Positions 59,199-64,000 of a DNA stretch of 64,000 nt are shown here, in pieces. How positions within the stretch are numbered: the stretch's first letter is position 1; the number at the start of each line of letters is the position of its first letter. The notes below the pieces were generated by a model. That model was not told where the DNA came from. It ran no database searches and saw only the letters and a program-made list of their open reading frames with translations. The DNA lies in the NCBI GenBank assembly GCA_022813865.1, contig JALDZX010000002.1:124001-188000 (forward strand), given 5' to 3'. This DNA is from Xylographa opegraphella (taxonomy: Eukaryota). A program made the position numbers and the translations under genes.

Positions 59199-60444
59199 GG
59201 CGGAGACTGCTTCATACGTGCGATGATATGTTCCGATTACGTGGGTGTTGACGGAGATCTACATGGTTTTCGCGTGGTTACAAACAGTGTGGATAGCGAT
59301 TGCGCCATGAAGCTGGGAATCAAACAGTGTTCTTCCACCTGTAGGTTCTTCCGACATATAGGCCGAGGCTGTCTTGAAAGGCTTACACGCCGCTCGGAAC
59401 TGCTTCAGTTGAGTTTGACAGGTACTTTGGCACCTTATCTACCAATGAAGACACCTTGTTGTGGCATTGCATGGACGGGATGTACAATGGGCTGTTTTTA
59501 GACACATGCTTATTATATTAAAGGCTGAGCTTAAAGGCTGACGGTTTGCCGCGAGAGGCTAGGACCTGGAAAGCACTGCTGTCTACGAAGTACCTGTAGC
59601 AGTCCCAACAGGTATCTGCATGGCTCTGCGCTACCTATTCTAGAAATCACCTTAGTGACAAGTCCTGCGGTGCAACCAGTAGGGTGGACATACTAGTCGG
59701 TCGCTTCTCAAAACAGCAGCAATAGTATCAACAAAGGACGAGGCAAGCAGCCCAGCCAATAAGAATAGCGCAACGAGGCCATCATGTACCCTATCGAGCT
59801 CACCTTACTTCGTCCGGAAGAAAGCCAATGGTTTTGACGCCGAATTCCGAGTGTAAGGAACAACGCTCGGGCTCCCAGGCCAGGTGCAGGATCAGATACG
59901 GGGTTTGTACGACCAGCTTACTGTACGCCAAGTGCCAAGTTGCGTGATCTGATGGCTCGAGACAGGGGGTTTAGCTGCGAAGACTCCGGAAGGCTTGTGT
60001 CGGTGTAGACGGTGTAGACGGTGAAGATGAGATGCTGTTTTGAGACTAAAAGAGACACGAACTATGGTACGGAGTAGTTGATGAAAGAGCCCACGTAACA
60101 CGCTCTATATCCTAGTCAAAGCGGGTGGATAACGCTGATTCGCGATCCTGCTGGAGCGATTGCGATAGGTCTGCAACGCGCCCTCTCGGGCAAGTTTGTA
60201 AGAGTACTGCGAGCCCATATTAACTGATATGCGAGTTCCCCCAACGCCCAGCCGGCAGGTATCTACCGGCCTCATTGGCGCTCGTGATCCACTCTTCTCC
60301 CCATATTAATACTAGGTATATAACTTCGCACCAATCCTTACTCGTGCAGATCCAGAAGTATAATTGCGCGTCCCTCACTGCCAAGCTTCACACGGAGATG
60401 ACATTTGCCCACTTCAGCAACGTTCTCTTGAATTCCTAGACGAG

Positions 60445-62189
60445 ATGCGCGCACCTCCAGAGCTTCGGGACATCAAAGTGGATTTGGAAATGGATGTCAC
60501 CGATGGCCGCTCTCCGCCGCAGTCGCCGTTCAACAAGAGTATCTTCAGGAAGTTGAGGCGTCTGCTCAGGCGTTCGTCGCCTGATTGCTTGCTGTTAACT
60601 TCTCCAAGCTGACTTTGGCGCAGATGCGAACCGGAGACATCTGGCAATCCTATCGATCTTTGCTTTTCTTGTTTTCATCACCTTTCGGAGCACGAAGAGC
60701 CTAACGTCCTCACCTTCATGGCGCTCGTCCGGTCTTTTCGCCTGTTCGTCCACCCGCCCGCACTCCACGACCATCACACTTCCTCCGACATTGCCAATTG
60801 CTCCCTCGCGAACATGGGATATCCTGCGATCCATATACGACGCACACCCTCCAAAACCTTCTTATATGCCGCATCCTGTGCACGATAGTGATCTTGGATT
60901 TCCGACACACGAGATGCTAAAGGACATGGTCAAGATCACGGAAGCGGACGCATACGCATCTCGCATTGAACATGAGTCCGTTGTACGTCATCTTCCGCCT
61001 TATCCGGAAGACCTGTTCAAAGGACGTGGCATAGTTATGCTCGCTGGAGGGAAGTATTCAGAGTTTGCTGCGACGGCGCTAGGCATGCTGCGAGAAGTCG
61101 GAAGCCAGCTCCCTGTAGAAGTCTGGATGAAAAATCGTGCCGAAGAGAAGGAAGGATGGTGTGAGGAGCTGGGAAAAGAGGGGATGGCGTGTAGGCGACT
61201 GCAGGATTATATGGACATGTCTACGTTATCCCACCCGTACCAGTGGAAAATCTTTACTGTGCTTTTCTCGTCATTTCAGGAGGTCATCTTTCTGGATGCG
61301 GATGATATCCCTATTCGCAATCCCGACGTCATTTTCGACTCTGCCATATACAGAGACAAAGGGGCTATACTTTGGCCGGATTACTGGAAACACACGGGAT
61401 CTCCCTGGCTGCCATACATAGTGGGGATCAGTGACGAAGCATCGGAAATGCTTCAAGAAGAGAAGAGCGCAGAATCGGGCCAGCTCGTTTGGGACAAAGA
61501 ACGTCATTGGAAGGTAAGCCATAGTTGTCCCAGGCACAAACAAGACAATTCATTTGCATCACCCAACACTAACACCATGGTGTCATCAGAGTCTATGTCT
61601 CGCCGCGTACTATAACTATTACGGACCGCAATACTATTTCACTCTTATCAATTCCGGCTGGGCAGGCTGGGGAGACAAGGATACCTTTCCCATGGCTCTG
61701 AAAGCGCTGAAGGAGCCTTATCATCAAGTCTCACAAGAAATCGTCACGGTCTTCATCAACGGCACTGTTCGGGGCATTGGAATGGTACAGGCCGATCCAA
61801 CTAACGAAACAAATTCCAAACCGATGTTTCTTCACTCGAACATTGTAAAGTGGAGCATGAGGGACTTCTTATGCGTTGGATGTTGGGTGCTTGACGGCTC
61901 GACCGCAATGATAAGCCACATTGAGAACCCGTCATCCCCCATCAATTCGCATATGCTCGAGGGCAAGCGCGTCTTCTCAACCGATCAGCTCCCCGATATA
62001 GGAATGGACGCGGAACCCTTGATATGGGAGGTTATGGAGAATCTTGCTTGCGGGAGCGTGTGGGGAAACAAGCAAGTCTGCCAACAAGCTCGAGACCACA
62101 TGAGCAGGACGTTTGGGTATCAGTTCAAGCCTAGCAGGATGGCGTCGTTGCTTGGATACGGTGACCGAGTCTGTGCAACGAGGCCATGA
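60445..62189 (+). CDS. Alpha-1,2-mannosyltransferase, GT71 (Mnn2/Mnn5-like); introns 60572-60623 and 61514-61589
   Basis: Type II TM anchor, GRGIVMLAGG, SSFQEVIFLDAD, LWPDYW, ESGQLVWDK, GDKDTF. Confidence 0.9.
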
Positions 62190-63389
62190 GCGACAAGCGA
62201 AACACGCTCGGAATCCTTCGTCGACCGATAAGGAGGCGACACAAAACGTGTGTGTTGGGTTTTCTTTAACCACCTGGGAGTTCGGGGTTTATGAGTCGCA
62301 TTATACCCCATATTATCATTGCTACGAGTTCGGTTGCAGGTTAGGACTAGGCTAGAGAGGTTCTCTAGTGCCGGGATAAGTCTATAAATAATTGATGGGC
62401 GGATTTAATGGCTCGAATCCTGCAGATCGCATCGGAAGGAATACGAAGTCCTCCAGTACTAGTCGCAATCGTTTTTCTTTGGAGGGTTTTTTCTTGTATA
62501 AGGTACCTTACCCATATGCTAGTTAGTCTAGGTAGCTCAGAGGGTCGGATAACGAGAGTGTATCCACGAAAAGTAAATCACTTCTGCTCGAGACATGCAA
62601 CGATGCCGTCGCACAGGCTGAGAAGGGGACCATGAGCGTAAGGAACAGTAGCGATTCTCGAGTTAGTAATTTTATCAAAGGGTGCAACAGCAGTCTACTT
62701 ATTTGGTGGCTAAAAGAATAAGAATAATGATAATAGGAAAAATTGGGCCCTCAGCGGAACCTATTTAGGCTTAGAGTGGAACGGGTGACAAGCGAACCAA
62801 GGATCCGACTTCATAGACCCAAATGTTCGGCTGGGGTTGAAGCATACCAGCAACGTGCATAGCTTTATCCAGCTGAAACCTGGTCTTCCTTCTTTTTCTC
62901 CGGCACTGCATCTCAGGCTTTCATTGAATCACTGCACCCGACTTCCCACGTGATAGAAGTCCCGTTCAATTATTCTTCCACATGTCGGTCGACCTGCCCC
63001 AACCATAGGATAACGGCTCTTCTCTGTGACATATCGACTGCAATTCGTTGTCAGTTCCCCGTCACTGCATTCTCTTGCACTTTGGTTGATTCGCAAGCCT
63101 TTAATATCTCTCTGATCTCCGCCGGGCCCTTCGTACTGCTGCCGAACGTCTAATATTCCCGGTCTAGCATCGCCACCTCGACGCAGTGTCTGATATTCGT
63201 ACCACGACTTGGGCGAGCCTACTGCCATCATTATCAGACCTGAATGATCTCCGATTCGACTTGCAAAATCGGCACTAGCCCTGACCGCCCAAGCTTGTGG
63301 TGCAGGATCCTTTCCAAAATTCAACCGGAAATCGAAGACTACTACACGAGACCTAGGAATTCGCATTGTACGAATGGAGCTTTAAAGTG

Positions 63390-64000
63390 ATGGAAGGTCT
63401 GGGACTGACGAAAAAGAGGAGGAGGTATTCATACTGGCAAAAGGATGAAGCAGAGAGGCCCAGAGATAATCGTATGATCGCCAGCAACGGTTCCAACAGG
63501 CCAGGGAGGAGAGAAGCGTGGTGCACCTCGCAACCCTCTGCAGGTCCACTCTCAGCACTTTGGAGCTCAACCTTCTGGCCAGTCTCCATTTCAACAACAT
63601 CGCTCGCCACCGCCCTCTTACCGAAGGCTCTGATCAGCATACTACTTTTCAGTATACTGGTCCTTCCTTCTGAGGCAGCATTCGTCAATTTTCAAAATTG
63701 TCTCGCACCAGGTATTGTCTATGCGCAGGTACCCAAGCCTCTACAATTCACTCCTCTGTTCGTGTCCGCAGTCTTCAATTTAACTGCACCGAGTCATAAT
63801 CTGAACGTGACTGTGTATGGAAATGTCAGCGGGCAGGCAACGGTGCAGCCATTGCCTTCGCCTGGGAGTCCGGCATGGAGCAATCCAAATAATACTTTGG
63901 GAAAACTTCCGGATCAAGACCCCACAACTGGCATATATTCGACACTTGAAGCTGCCTTCGATGTGCTTACTTACACTCCTTACAATGCGCCTGCAAGCCG
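63390..64000 (+). CDS. TRP-like / Flc-Pkd2 family membrane protein, N-terminal ML-like domain; continues beyond the window
   Basis: Open frame (absent from the ORF track because it has no stop): hydrophobic signal then AAFVNFQNCL...LQFTPLFVSAVFN...HNLNVTVYGNVSG. Confidence 0.75.
   Translation, partial: MEGLGLTKKRRRYSYWQKDEAERPRDNRMIASNGSNRPGRREAWCTSQPSAGPLSALWSSTFWPVSISTTSLATALLPKALISILLFSILVLPSEAAFVNFQNCLAPGIVYAQVPKPLQFTPLFVSAVFNLTAPSHNLNVTVYGNVSGQATVQPLPSPGSPAWSNPNNTLGKLPDQDPTTGIYSTLEAAFDVLTYTPYNAPAS

Noticed and set aside
1..64000. CRISPR arrays, rRNA, intact transposons, secondary-metabolite backbone genes
   Set aside because: None seen: no repeat-spacer arrays, transposase or retroelement ORFs, or PKS/NRPS genes

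Overview
Gene-dense genomic window from a filamentous ascomycete (Pezizomycotina, inferred from protein similarity and short GT-AG introns with CTRAC branch sites). I can support about 22 protein-coding genes: RPL34 (partial), PRP8, COX4, a membrane-anchored GH43, an aldehyde dehydrogenase, CMC1-like, MDM12, CWC24, ApsA/Num1, a DUF2439 (Mte1/ZGRF1-like) protein, a BAR-SH3 protein, SNU13, a DUF4188 protein, VMS1, PRP38, a multicopper oxidase, a GT8/Gnt1-like protein, a Cys/Met PLP enzyme, a large hypothetical protein, a GT71 mannosyltransferase, a TRP/Flc-like channel (partial) and a secreted orphan. Highlights: (1) PRP8 carries a 451-aa intein whose LAGLIDADG endonuclease looks decayed (Asn at the catalytic Asp position of motif 2); (2) repeated GC-rich islands in which strand skew flips from C/A-rich to G/T-rich at a centre regardless of gene orientation, even mid-ORF, suggesting a bidirectional mutational process such as recombination hotspots or origins; (3) unusual substitutions in the Prp8 RNase H-like domain; (4) four spliceosome genes and five mitochondria-related genes within 43 kb; (5) frameshifted or orphan genes and apparently spliced non-coding segments. 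All calls and intron boundaries were made by eye; no database search or computation was run.
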